From positions 132,682,001 through 132,746,000 of the forward strand of contig CM059431.1 of the NCBI GenBank assembly GCA_030390025.1: 64,000 nt of DNA. Reading direction: 5' to 3'. This document shows, one piece after another, positions 12,597 through 24,924 of this stretch. Origin of the DNA: Squalus acanthias (lineage: Eukaryota). A model generated the notes under the pieces. The model was given only the letters and a program-made list of their open reading frames with translations. It had not been told where the DNA came from and did no database searches. The position numbers and the translations under genes are program-made. Numbering within the stretch: position 1 is the stretch's first letter; every line of letters starts with the position of its first letter.

Positions 12597-14207
12597 TTTT
12601 TTTTAAATTCGTTTATGGGATGTGGGTGTCGCTGGCAAGACCAGCATTTATTGCCCATCCCTAATTGCCCTTGAGAAGGTGGTGGTGAGCCGCCGCCTTG
12701 AACTGCTGCAGTCCGTGTGGTGAAGGTACTCCCACAGTGCTGTTAAGTAGGGAGCTCCAGGATTTTGACCCAGCGACGATGAAGGATCGGTGATATATTT
12801 CCAAGTCAGGATGGTGTGTAACTTGGAGGGGAACTTGGAGGTGGTGGTGTTCGCATGCGCCTGCTGCCCTTGTCCTTCTAGGTGGAAGAGGTCACGGGTT
12901 TTGGAGGTGCTGCCGAAGAAGCCTGGGTGAGTTGCTGCAGTGCATCTTGTAGATGGTACACACTGCAGCCACGGTATGTCAGTGGTGGAAGGAGTGAATG
13001 TTTAAGGTGGTAGATGGGGTGCCAATCAAGCGGGCTGCTTTATCCTGGATGGTGTCGAGCTTCTTGAGTGTTGTTGGAGCTGCACTCATCCAGGCAAGTG
13101 GAGAGTATTCCATCACACTCCTTACTTGTGCCTTGTAAATGGTGGAAAGGCTTTGGGGAGTCAGGAAGTGAGACACTCGCCGCAGAATTGGCCGAGCATC
13201 TCACCAGCTCTTGTTGCCACAGTATTTATGTGGCTGGTCCAGTTAAGTTTCTGGATGGTGACCCCCCAGGATGTTGATGGGGGATTCGGCGATGGTAATG
13301 CCGTTGAATGTCAAGGGGCGGTGGTTAGACTCTCGCTTGTTGGAGATAGTCATTGCCTGGCACTTCTGTGGCGCGAATGTTACCTGCCACTTATCAGTCC
13401 CAGCCTGAACGTCGTCCAAGTCCTGTTGCATGCAGGGCATGGACTGCTTCATTATCTGAGGAGTTGTGAATGGCACTGAACACTGCAGTCATCAGCGAAC
13501 ATCCCCATTTCTGACCTTATATTGGAGGGAAGGTCATTGATGAAGCAGCTGAAGATAGTTGGGTCCAGGACATTGCCCTGAGGAACTCCTGCAGCAATGT
13601 CCAGGGGCTCTGATGATTGACCTTCAACCAACACAACCATCTTCCTTTGTGCTAGGTATGATTCTAGCCAGTGGAGAGTTTTCCCCCCCGATTCCCATTG
13701 ACTTCAGTTTTACTAGGGCTCCTTGATGCCAGACTCGGTCAAATGCTGCCTTGATGTCAAGGGCAGTCACTCTCACCAATAATTGGCCGGATTGGATTTG
13801 TCCTGCTTTTTGTGGACAGGACATACCTGGGCAGTTTTGCACATTGTCGGATAGATGCCAGTGTTATAGCTGTACTGGAACAGAGGCGTGGCTAGTTCTG
13901 GAGCACAAGTCTTCAGCACGATAGCTGGGATGTTGTCGGGGCCCATAGCCTTTGCTGTATCCAGTGCACTCAGCCGTTTCTTGATATCACGTGGAGTGAA
14001 TCGAATTGGCTGAAGACTAGCTTCTGTGATGGTGGAGACCTCAGGTGTAGGCCAATATGGATCATCCACTCGGCACTTCTGGCCGAAGATGGTTGCAAAC
14101 GCTTTTTATTCCAGATTTATTTAATTAACTGAATTTAAATTCCCTAGCTGCCGTGGTGAGATTTGAAATTACTAACCCAGTGACATTACCACTATGCTAC
14201 CGTTCCC
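12597..14207 (-). mobile_element. LINE-X 3' fragment (12597-14104) fused to a SINE 5' head (14101-14207)
   Basis: RT motifs ALDIKAAFDRVWHQG and GVPQGNVL; poly-T at 12597. The 5' end continues into gggaacggtagcatagtggtaatg..., the head of the SINE family at 9122. Confidence 0.8.
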
Positions 14208-14259
14208 ACCTACATGTTACCGTTCCCACCTACATGCTATTGTTCCCACCCACATGCTA
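14194..14259. repeat. 20-bp tandem repeat, about 3.3 copies, at the SINE/CR1 junction
   Basis: atgctaccgttcccacctac, atgttaccgttcccacctac, atgctattgttcccacccac, atgcta. Confidence 0.85.
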
Positions 14260-15335
14260 ACTCTCTGTGATTCTTGTATTAGGACTCCTAAATCTCTCTG
14301 AAGACCAACATTTAATAGTTTTTCACCATTTAAAAAATATTCTGTTTTTATATTCTTCCTACCAAAGTGAATAACCTCACATTTCCCCATATTATACTCC
14401 ATAGCTCCCACTCACTCAACCTGTCTATACCTTTGCAGGCTCTTTATGTCTCCCTCACAGCTGACTTTCTCACCTAGCTTTGTATCATCAGCAAACTTGG
14501 CTACGTTACACTCGGTCCCTTCATCTAAGTCATTAATATAGATTGTAAATAGCTGAGTCCCAAGCACTGATCCTTGCGGCACCCCACTAGTTACAGCCTG
14601 CCAGCCTGAAAATGACCCGTTTAGCCCTGCTCTCTATTTTCTGTCCGTTAACCAATCCTGTATCCATGCTAATACATAACCCCCCAACCCAATGAGCCCT
14701 TATCTTGCATAACAACCTTTTATATGGTACCTTATCGAATGCCTTTTGGAAATCCAAATATACCACATCCATTGGTTCCCCTTTATCTACCCTGCTAGTT
14801 ACATCCTCAAAAAACTGTTAATAAATTTGTCAAACATGATTTCCCTTTCATAAAACCATGTTGACTCTGCCTAATCATATTATGATTTTCTAAGTGCCCT
14901 GTTACCACTTCCTTAATAATGGATTCCAGCTGTTTCCTGACGACTGATGTCAGGCTAACTGGTCTGCATTTCCCTGTTTTCTCTCTCCTTCCTTTCTTGA
15001 ATAGCAGGGTTACAATTGCTACCTTCCAATCCACTGGGACCTTTCCAGAATCTAGGGAATTTTGGAAGATCACAACCAATGCATCCACTATCTCTGCAGC
15101 CACCTCTTTTAGAACCCTATGACGTTATCAGCTTGCACTTTTAGCAACTTGGCCCAAAAAATTTTAAAACTTGAACGTGCAAGGGCAAGCCTAACTCACT
15201 CTTACAGCAAATTATGGCCCATTATGTTTCTTGTTGCTAACTAAAACTGTTACAAAGGTGCACAATCTCTGAGTGCTTATGTGGACATTTGGTTATTTCA
15301 AGTCTTTACAATATAAATACATGTTTAATCTTTAG

Positions 15336-15494
15336 GTGTGAATGCTTTACTAAGTTGTCAAGTAGGCAACGAAACAGTGGCTGCTGACAAAGATGCCAAG
15401 CTTTACCTCTTCCATGAGCAGGACTGGTTGAAGCTACAGGAGAAAACCGAAGAAGTCAAATGTTTACTGAAGTTCTCTGAAGCCCAACTGACAA
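15336..15494 (+). CDS. GPR180: GPR180 coding exon 2 (159 nt, phase 1 to 1)
   Basis: Acceptor tttag|GT, donor ACAA|gtatgt. Translates (G)VNALLSCQVGNETVAADKDAKLYLFHEQDWLKLQEKTEEVKCLLKFSEAQLT, matching the recalled mammalian GPR180 segment KEAKLYLFQAQEWLKLQ...KAQLT. Not in the ORF track. Confidence 0.93.
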
Positions 15495-16892
15495 GTATGT
15501 GACCTCATAATCATGTATGTTAAGATTTCAGATAACCTTTGTTTCATATGTATAGCCATTTCTGGTGTCAATTTATCATTCTATTGAGTGCTTTACTTGA
15601 CAGGAGATGGACAATTAACCATTTAACTGTGACTGGACTGCAATATGAAATCCTTTGTAAAAATAATGTGTGCAGTTAAAAAATAAGCATAGCTTGAAGT
15701 AAGATAAAACAAGCAATTCAAAAAGAATAGGTATGATCAGAAAAATCACCAGAACCAATGTGTTTTTTTTGTAATCTAACCCTTTTTAAAAGTAATGGTT
15801 TTGCAGACCAGCCAATCATACCACTTTGCTAGCAAATTAATTCATAATATTTGGATATTGAAAGATTTGAAATAATGATCTGTGTAGCAGTTAATGTTCC
15901 ATTAGTAAATGAGGGCTGCCCTGATATTTCAGTTGGAAAGTGCATGTTATGATACTGAGCCATTTGGAATGGAAAGTCCCAAGTTCTGGCCCTGATCTAT
16001 ATACTGAGTTAGTTGAGTTGTGGGCTGCTTCTATAATTGGTCTCCACCACTTTGGACTAGGGAGGGGACAAGTTACCACTTTTGATTGCTGTCCAGTTAC
16101 TACTGTTAGAAAGCACACCTGTGGATATTTGGCCCAAATATACTTGGGCTTTACTGTAACCTCTTCCATGGCTAAATAGTCTGCCAACGCTTACTGTCCA
16201 GACTCACATGAGGAATAGTCACTGGAGGCTTGCTGTTCCCCAGTATGAATTGGTATCGTCAGAAGAGAAAGTAAACAAACAGGAGGGGGAAGAGGAGGCT
16301 ATAAAAGTAGTTGCAAAGCAGGTATACTGAGAAAATATCACTCAAAATGTTGAATAGTAAGAAGACAATATAAAAAGTTTTTAATCCTACAGTTACTGCA
16401 GTAATGAGAAAACTCATTATTTTTTGGTCCAATACCTTGAAAAAATTATTTTATTCAGCAGTGTGAAGTACTGTTTTGCACTAAGGTGTAAACGATAATC
16501 ACTTCATTTACATGAATTTTCCATTCCTCTCACGATGTTGCATTGGATTAAGATGCCTTATATGGCACCCTATAAGTAATGAGCCTATTTCTTTCTCATG
16601 TTAAAAAGGCCACAATAGAAAATAAAACTGAAAGAGCCCAAAGGATGTTTGAAACAGCTCGGTGTATATCAACATTTTCATTTTAGAAAATCTACGAATC
16701 ACTTGTGCTTATTCACCACTTGTGTGTTGCTATAAAGTGGTAGAAATGAGGACCAATGACTGTGTTAAATTTTCATTAAAATAATATTCTTATCTATCTC
16801 CGTATTTAATATATACTTTTTAGGGTGAACCTACGAACATTTACATTGCAGACCCATTTCTACTTCATACAGTAGCTAACAGTAACAATGGA

Positions 16893-18290
16893 CAGGTATG
16901 TCCTGTCCACAAAAAGCAGGACAAATCCAATCCGGCCAATTACCACCCCATCAGTCTACTCTCCATCATCAGCAAAGTGATGGAAGTTGTCATTGACAGT
17001 GCTATAAAGCGGCAATAACCTGCTCACCGATGCTCAGTTTGGGTTCCGCCAGTACCACTCAGCTCCAGACCTCAATACAGCCTTGGTCCAAACATGGACA
17101 AAAGAGCTGAATTCCAGAGGTGAGGTGAGAGTGACTGCCTTGACATCAAGACAGCATTTGACCGAGTGTGGCATCAAGGAGCCCTAGTAAAATTGAAGTC
17201 AATGAGAATCGGGGAAAACTCTCCACTGGCTGGAGTCATACCTAGCACAAAGGAAGATGGTTGTGGTTGTTGGAGGTCAATCATCTCAGCGCTAGGACAT
17301 TGCTGCAGGAGTTCCTCAGGGCAGTGTCCTAGGTCCAACCATCTTCAGCTGCTTCATCAATGAACTTCCGTCCATCATAAGGTCAGAAGTGGGAATGTTC
17401 GCTGATGATTGCAGTGTTCAGTTCCATTCGCAACTCCTCAGATAATGAAGCAGTCCATGCTCGCATGCAGAAAGACCTGGATGACATTCAGGCTTGGGAT
17501 GATAAGTGGCAAGTAACATTCGCACCACAAAAGTGCCAGGCAATGACTATCTCTAACAAGCGAGAGTCTAACCACCGTCCCTTGACATTCAACGGCATTA
17601 CCACCGCCGAATCCCCCACCATTAACATCCTGGGGGTCACCATTGACCAGAAACTTAACTGGACCAGCCACATAAATACTGTGGCAACAAGAGCGGGTCA
17701 GAGGCTGGGCATTCTGTGGCGACTGTCTCACCTCCTGACTCCCCAAAGCCTTTCCACCATCTACAAGGCACAAGTCAGGAGTGTGATGGAATACTCTCCA
17801 CTTGCCTGGATGGGTGCAGCTCATACAACACTCGAAGCTTGACACCATCCAGGACAAAGCTGCCTGCTTGATTAGCAACCCATCCATCACCTTAAACAGT
17901 TACTCTCTCCACCGTGGCTGCCTTGTGTACCATCAACAAGATGCACTGCAGCAACTCGCCAAGGCTTCTTCGGCAGCACCTCCCAAACCTGCGACCTCTT
18001 CCATCTAGAAGGACAAGGGCAGCAGCCGCATGGGAACACCATCACCTGCAAGTTCCCCTCCAAGTTACACACCATCCTGACTTGGAAATATATCGCCGTT
18101 CCTTCATCGTCGCTGGGTCAAATTCCTGGAACTCCCTCCCTAACAGCACTGTGAGAGTGCCTTCACTGCACGGACTGCAGCGGTTCAAGAAGGCAGCTCA
18201 TCACCACCTTCTCGAGGGCAATTAGGGATGGGCAATAAATGCTGGCCCTGCCAGCGACGTCCACATCCCAGGAACGAATATAAAAAAAAA
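16893..18290 (+). mobile_element. LINE-X 3' fragment (about 1.4 kb)
   Basis: VCPVHKKQDKSNPANY through LGVTIDQKLNWTSHI...VMEYSPLAW, then the family tail and an A-run. Confidence 0.88.
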
Positions 18291-20086
18291 TTGTGAATCT
18301 GCAGTCAAGATTCAACCTGAGTCCAGAGCAAAATTGAGTAAACTCTCTGGAGAACAGAGTTTGACACCACATGGAGTGTAAATCCAGTGTGATGTTAAAC
18401 TTGGTATAAAAAGTGCTCTGGGGATATGTGAATAATCATACTGCCTAGGAGAGAGCTCTGCACTTCTGTGTAATAAACTTAAGTAATGTAAATCAGTACT
18501 ATCTAGATGAAACTCAAATTGCAGCTACTGGTCTCAGACCAGTAAGGTGCTGTGTAAATGCCTCTTTTTTTTTAAAAAAAAGGCCAAATTACATGTATGG
18601 AGAAATACAGGTGGACATGGGATGCTTCTTTGAGGTTGATTGACATGCCTCCAGCTTTTTCTGTTTGTGGTTAAGACAGATTTGGCGCAGATTAGGAGAA
18701 ATTTTAAACTACCCCTTGTCTGCTGGTGCGTTTGTGTCAAAACTGGAAAAGCACTGATATTTCTCACTTTTTTGAAAGAAATATTAGTATTTCCAAGAAG
18801 CAGCAAACTGCTTATTGTAAGTTTTGATGCAACAAAGGGTTTAATAAATACAATAATTGTTATAGTTTGGTGGGATGTAGAATCCAAACACTGAGGTCAA
18901 CCAGTTTTGTCAGGGTTATTAATTGTGAAAATTGAGCCACAATAAGGATAAAGCCTGAGGACAGAAGAAGATCTGAAGGCAATACTCTTGCCTAAATGAA
19001 AGTCTCTTGACATTTAACTGCTTTCTTCAGCTTTTCTGTTTCAACATTTATTGTATGAAGAGACTTTTGTCATTATTGTTCATAATTCTAGTTCAAAAGT
19101 CAGACAAACTAGAATTAGTACTATAATTAGGGTTGGCGGGGCCCTCGACCATTTCCCAAACTTCCACCCTCACCTCTTCTCCCTCCCAGAACCATGGAAG
19201 GGTCCCCTTGTCCTCACGTTCCACCCCACTAGCCTTTGCATTCCATGGATCATTCTTCAGTGTGATGCCACCACCGAACACATTTTCCCTCCCCTCTTCT
19301 TTCAGCATTATGAAAGAACCGTTCCCTCCATGACACCCTGGTCCACTCTTCCTACACCCCCAACACCTGCTCCACTTCTCCCGGCAACTTCCCATGCAGG
19401 AGATGCAACCTTTGCCCTTTCACCTCCTCCCTTCCGACTGTCCAGGATTCCAAACACTACTTCTGGGTGAATGAGTGATTTACTTATATTTATAACTTAG
19501 GATACTGTATTCGCCATTCGTGATGTGGTCTCCCCTACATTGAGGAGAGCAAATGCAGATTGGGTGATCGCTTTGCTGAACATCTCCATTCAGTCCGCAA
19601 GCGTGACCCTCAGCTTTCGGTCGCTTGCCACATCCCACTCCCACTCCCACTCTGACCTCTCTGTCCTTGGCCTCCTACACTGTTCCAATGAATTGCAATG
19701 CAAGCTCAAGGAACAGCACCTCATCTTTCTACTAGGCACTTTACAGCCTTCCGGCCTTAACATTGAGTTTGACAACTTTAGATCTTAACCAGCACTTCCA
19801 TTTTCTCTCAGACAGCATGTGCTGCTAATGGAGGATGGCTACACCAGAGCCACTGGAAGTGAAGGAGTTCTGGGCTGGTACTTGCGATGGGGAACCCCAA
19901 TCGGTACATGGCCGGTGGGGTGGTTCACACTCTTGAGGTCTACCTGCCTTCCTTGCGCCACATTCCTGCGCCACGGGTACCTTCTCTTTGACAGATTTTT
20001 AATGATTCCCTCCTCCTCTGCTATTCTGCGGTAACCATTTACACCTCCTCCAGACCCAACTTGTGTTTCATACTTGTCTCATTGTC

Positions 20087-20733
20087 AAAGCATATGGGAT
20101 CCTGGACTTTATAAATAGAAGCATAGAGTACAAAAGCCAGGAAGTTATGCTAAACCCATATAAAACGTTAGTTCATCTCCAGCTGGAGTATTGTGTTCAA
20201 TTCTGGGCATCACTCTTTAGGAAGGACATGAAGGCTTTAGAGAGGGTACAGAAGAGATTTACTAGAATGGTTCCAGGGATGAGGGATTGCAGTTACATGA
20301 ATAGACTGGAGAAGCTGGGGTTGTTCTCCTTAGAGCAGAGAAGGCTAAGAGGAGATTTGATAGAGGTGATTAAAATCATGGATGGTTTAGATAGAATAAA
20401 TAAAGAGAAACTGCTTCCAATGGCTGAAGGGTCGATAACCAGAGGGCACAGGTTTAAGGTGATTGGCAAAATAACCAGAGGCGACATGAGGAAAAACCTT
20501 TTTACGCAAAACGTTGTTAGGATTTGAAATGTACTACCTGATGGGGTGGTGGATACAGATTCAATAGTAGCTTTCAAATGGAAATTGGATAAATACTTGA
20601 AGGAGAAAAAAATTGCAGGGATATGGGGAAAGAGCCTGCGTGTGGGACTAACTGGATTGCTCTTCGAAAGAGAGGGCACACACTCGATGGGCTGAATGGC
20701 CTCCTTCTGTGCTGTACTATTCTATTCTATGAT
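20087..20733 (+). mobile_element. CR1 3' fragment inside the Penelope element
   Basis: [16 protein letters not shown]...RGDLIEV...TRGHRFKV; ttctatgatt tail. Confidence 0.9.
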
Positions 20734-20867
20734 TCACCTCCTTTTGCCTTGCATCATCACTTTTGTCATTTAATCACTTCTGCCCTCCATCCCGTCACAG
20801 ACCGCTCACTTTTGTGCTATCCCTGGCTCTGCACTTGCTGAAAAGCTGTTCATCTCTAACATCTGCC

Positions 20868-20904
20868 AGTTCTGATGAAAGGTCATCGACCTGGAACGTT
20901 AACT
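20868..20904 (+). ncRNA. Minimal type I hammerhead ribozyme motif in a Penelope terminal repeat, core mutated
   Basis: AGUU-CUGAUGA-A-AGGUC(AUC)GACCU-GGAA-CGUU-AACU. Stems I and II pair; the GAAA box reads GGAA. Confidence 0.65.
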
Positions 20905-21994
20905 CTGTTTCTTTCTCCACAGATGCTGCCTGACCGGCAGAGTGTTTCCAGCATTTTCTGTTTTTATTTCAGATTTCCAGCATCTGCAGTATTTCGCTTT
21001 TGTTTTAGAATTAGTGCTGTACGCTTGAAATAATAGTATTTTTTTTAATATAGTACAAATGTGTTAATTCCCTTTACTACATGTAAGCTTAAGGAATGAT
21101 TCATAAAATAGCACTATTTGTTAAATTACAAAAAAAGTGGCCCAGCAGAAAGCTTTGTGATATGCCTAGTTCTGATTGCAAAAGCCAGAGAAGATGGAAA
21201 AGGAGCGGAGAGAAAGAGAAAATGTTTTGTTTATTAAAAGATTTATGCTTGAAATTTAATTGTTTCTGAGCTAAATTAAAAGCAGTATTTGAATATATTA
21301 ATATATAATGTCCTTTTTATAATTCACACAGATCTACTTCAGAAAGCTGTAGGCAAATGCAATTGTTTAGTTTTTCTCAAGCTTCTTTATTTGATATTCG
21401 TTGTCAGAATTTCATTGTGTAATTGTTTTTGGACAATGTGTATTAAGTTCAATTTCCTTTGCACCTCTTTGATTGTGAAATTAGTTTTTGAACACTGAAT
21501 GACTGTTATTCAGGAGCTGTCGTGAACGGCTAATTATACCAACATAGAATATGCATGCCATGTTGTCTTTTGTTTTGCCACAATAATACTTGGCCTTGTC
21601 AAGAGGCCTTTTTTCAGCCTTGATTGAAACAGCATTGTTTAAAAGGTTACAACAGAAAATGAAAGGCCAACATTTATTTTCATGAAGCAAAAGATAATCA
21701 GCCTTTGATGTCAAGAAATTGTGAATCCTATTTAATAGCATTTCAAAGCTATTGATCAAGGTGATGCTTAATTATATAGAACTGATGAATTGAGTTATTA
21801 TCATACAAATGCTGCTTGCACTGAACAAACAAAACCCTACAATTTTGTTGTGTCAAAATAAAACCCGACAATTTTGCCATGTCAAAAATCTCTAACAGCA
21901 CACTGCAATACAACTAATGCTTGCTAATCTAGGTTCTGTTTTGTATGCAGTGTGGCAGCAGTGATGTGATTATGGTTTCTTTTTGGACGTTAAA

Positions 21995-22305
21995 TACAAC
22001 AACAACTTGTATTTACATAGAGCCTTTAACATTGTAAAACATCCCAAGGTGCTTCACAGAAACGTTATAAAACAAAATTTGACACCAAGCCACATAAGGA
22101 GAAATTAGGGCAGATGACCAATAGCTTGGTCAAAGAGGTAGGTTTTAAGGAGCGTCTTAAAGGAGGAAAGAGAGGTGGAGAGGTTTAGGGGGGGAATTCC
22201 AGAGCTTAGGGCCTTGGCAGCTGAAGGCACGGCCACCAATGGTTGAGTGATTAAAATCAGGGATGCTCAAGAGGCCAGAATTAGAGGAGCGCAGATATCT
22301 TGGGG
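21995..22305 (-). mobile_element. L2-type LINE 3' end
   Basis: (caa)n end. The minus strand encodes GGRAFSCQGPKLWNSP-like sequence. Near-identical to 26650-26960. Confidence 0.75.
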
Positions 22306-22449
22306 GATAAATCCTGTGCAGCAGATATGTAATTTAGTTTTTTATTCCAGTTTCAAGATGAAATTGTACTGAAGTACAACTATGAAGTTATCTTTCAACA
22401 CTTTGGCTAGCTAATTGTGTTACTAGTATTGTCTAATATTGTAGTTTAA

Positions 22450-23910
22450 GGAGGCCACCTACTCCTTGGAAAATAAGAGTCTAAATGGGGTAGAGGAGCA
22501 GAGATCTAGGAGTACAGATTCGCAAACCATTAAAACTAGCAACGCAGGTAAACAAAGCTATAAAAAATGTGAACAAAGCTCTGGGGTTCATTTGTAGAGG
22601 AATAGAATTCAAAAGTGTAGATGAGTAGAGAGACCTTGGTGTCCATATACACAAGTCCTTAAAGGTGGCAGAGCAAGTTGATAAGGTGGTTATAAAAGCA
22701 TATGGGCTACTTGGGTTTATAAATAGAGGCAAAGAATAGAAAAGCAAAGCGATCATGCTAGAACTTTATAACTGGTTAGGCCTCAGCTGGAGTATTGTTG
22801 AGAATTCTGGGTACCACACTTCAGGAAAGATGTAAAGTTCTTAGAAAGGGTACAGAGGAGGTTTACCAGGATGTTACCAGGGATGAGGGACTTCAGTTAT
22901 GAGGAGAGGTTGGAAAAGTTAGGACTGTTCTCCTTGGAACAGAGAAGGACAAGAGGTGACCTCATCGAGGTTTTCGAGATGATGAGAGGTTTTGATAGAG
23001 TAGATAGAGAAAAGCTATTCCCTCTGACGAGTGGGTCAATAACCAGAGGTCATAGCTTTAAAATCATTGGCAAAAAATCTAGAGGGGAGATGAGGAGAAA
23101 TTTTTTCTCTGAGTTGTCGGTATCTGAACGCTGTACCTGAAAAGGTGGTGGAAGCTGATTCCATAAATAATTTTAAAAGGGAGTTGGACAGGTGCTTGAG
23201 GATGACGAACTTACAGGGTTACAGACAAAAAGTGGAGGTGTGGGACTAAACATGACTGCTCTTTCAAAGAGTCAGCACAGGCACAACGGGCCAAATGGCC
23301 TCCTTCTGTGCTGTAAGTTTCTATGATTCTATGAAAAGCAGAGAAGCAATATTAAACTTATATAGAGCCTTGGTTAGACCACACTTGGTTAGAGTACTGT
23401 GTTCAGTTCTGGTCTCCATATTATAAAAATGATAGAGGCACTGGAGAAGGTGCAAAAAAAGATTGACAAGGATGATATCAGAACTGAGACATAACTATCA
23501 GGAAAGATGGAACAGTTGGGGCTCTTTTCTCTTTTAAAAAAAAAATAAGAAGGCTGAGAGGTATTTGATAGGGTAAATGTAGAGAAGATGTTTCCACTTG
23601 TGGGGAGTCCAAAACTAGGGGCCATAAATATAAAAGTCACTAATAAATCCAAGAAGAAATTCAGGAGAAACTTCTTACTCCGAATGGTTAGAATGTGGAA
23701 CTTGCTACCACATGGGGTAGTTGAGGTGAATAGCATAGATGCATTTAAGGGGAAACTAGGTAAGTACATGAGGGAGAAAGGAGTAGAAGGATATGTTGTT
23801 AGGGTGAGATGAAATAAGGTGGGAGGAGGCTCGTGTAGATCATAAACATTGGCATAGACCTGTTGGGCCGAATGGCCTGTTTCTGTACTGTAAATACTGT
23901 AATACTATGT
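22450..23910 (+). mobile_element. CR1 3' fragment with a second CR1 (about 22615-23335) nested inside
   Basis: Two tails (ttctatgattctatg at about 23320; tactatgtaa at about 23900). The outer copy is broken at ...gaattcaaaag and resumes at aaaagcagagaagc. Confidence 0.8.
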
Positions 23911-24924
23911 AAGTTCTGTTAATTCTGAGCATTTTGTTCAAGAACTGTACTATAGCTTTTTGTGAAACAGTATCTTTCACAATCTAACTTGAATTTATAT
24001 AGCACTTCATCGCATTCTCAAGACATCATAAATCACTTTAGAATCATTGCTTAATTAAGTTGCTCTTATTACATAGGCAAACATCTCACATCTCATGAAC
24101 ATGTATTGAGACAAGCTTTAGCATTACACACTTACTATCCAACAGCATTTACGTAGAAACACATTACCTGGAAAAGGAAAGGGAATCTTGTTTTCCAGGC
24201 TGATATATAAGCATACAAGGATACCACTTCTAATTGGTAAGTTCAACTTGGCTCAGTTGTTACTACTCTTGCTTCTGCATGTTCTGATCCATTTATCCCC
24301 ACCCACTAACCCTGCTTCATCTGAAGACTGCATGTAGTCTTGGCTCCCTATCTGCAATGCCATGGGAGATTGACCAGTAATAATATAAAAATGGTACGCC
24401 TGCACACACTTCCTGTCTGTCACACTTTAACTGTCACATTTCCTGTATCACACTGCATATGACAGTATTTGAGTTTATTTTTCCAAATGATTTGAAAATC
24501 AACTGAAGAATTAATTTTAGAACTTCTTTGGGGGAAGGTTACACAGGAAAACTTTTGTCAAGGAATTATATTTCACTTCAGAGAGAGAGAGAGACACACA
24601 CAAGTGGATGATTATAGCATCTGTGCTTTATTTTGTTTATACTGAGAATCTGATAATTATGGTTGTTGCTTAAGTATTTATGTAGTCGTGCTATCTATCT
24701 GTTTATCCAGCTGCAGTGGGTAAGACGAACACTAACTATTTTCCTAAACAAAAAACTCTTGACAACGGTTTTAGAAACATCTTTCCAAATTATTCATTAG
24801 AGATGTTCATCAACATCTTTAAAATGGCATAATCTCTTACTCACTGTGAACACCATCATTGGAGAGCTGCTAGTAATATAATAGGGGCATATCAAAAGTG
24901 CATTTCCTGTCCGTCTCACTTTTA

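Larger units (their letters stand above)
10233..15120 (-). mobile_element. CR1 LINE, 5'-truncated, itself interrupted at 10589-12302 and 12597-14207
   Basis: ttcttatgttcttatg tail at 10233. RT motifs YLDFQKAFDKVP, SQHGFMKGKSCLTNL and HLEYCAQF occur in collinear pieces. Confidence 0.85.
9638..15220. mobile_element. Harbinger-type MITE split into 9638-10232 and 15120-15220 by a nested CR1 complex
   Basis: Perfect TIR pair GGGCCATAATTTGCTG (9638) / CAGCAAATTATGGCCC (ends 15220); flanks aat/att. The joined halves resemble the inverted copy around 52470-52880. Confidence 0.8.
19126..21005 (+). mobile_element. Penelope-like element (RT C-terminus, GIY-YIG remnant, terminal repeat with hammerhead), interrupted by a CR1
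   Basis: PLVLTFHPTS; decayed CIR.S*CGLPYIEESKCRLGDRFAEHLHSVRK; EQHLIFLLGTLQPSGLNIEFDNFRS*. Flanking direct repeat TAGAATTAGTACTATA (19110-19125) / TAGAATTAGTGCTGTA (21006-21021). Confidence 0.85.

Noticed and set aside
1..15335. GPR180 exon 1 or promoter
   Set aside because: I found no signal-peptide exon with a suitable donor. The CpG-rich patches all fall inside Harbinger-type elements, so exon 1 is presumably upstream of the window.
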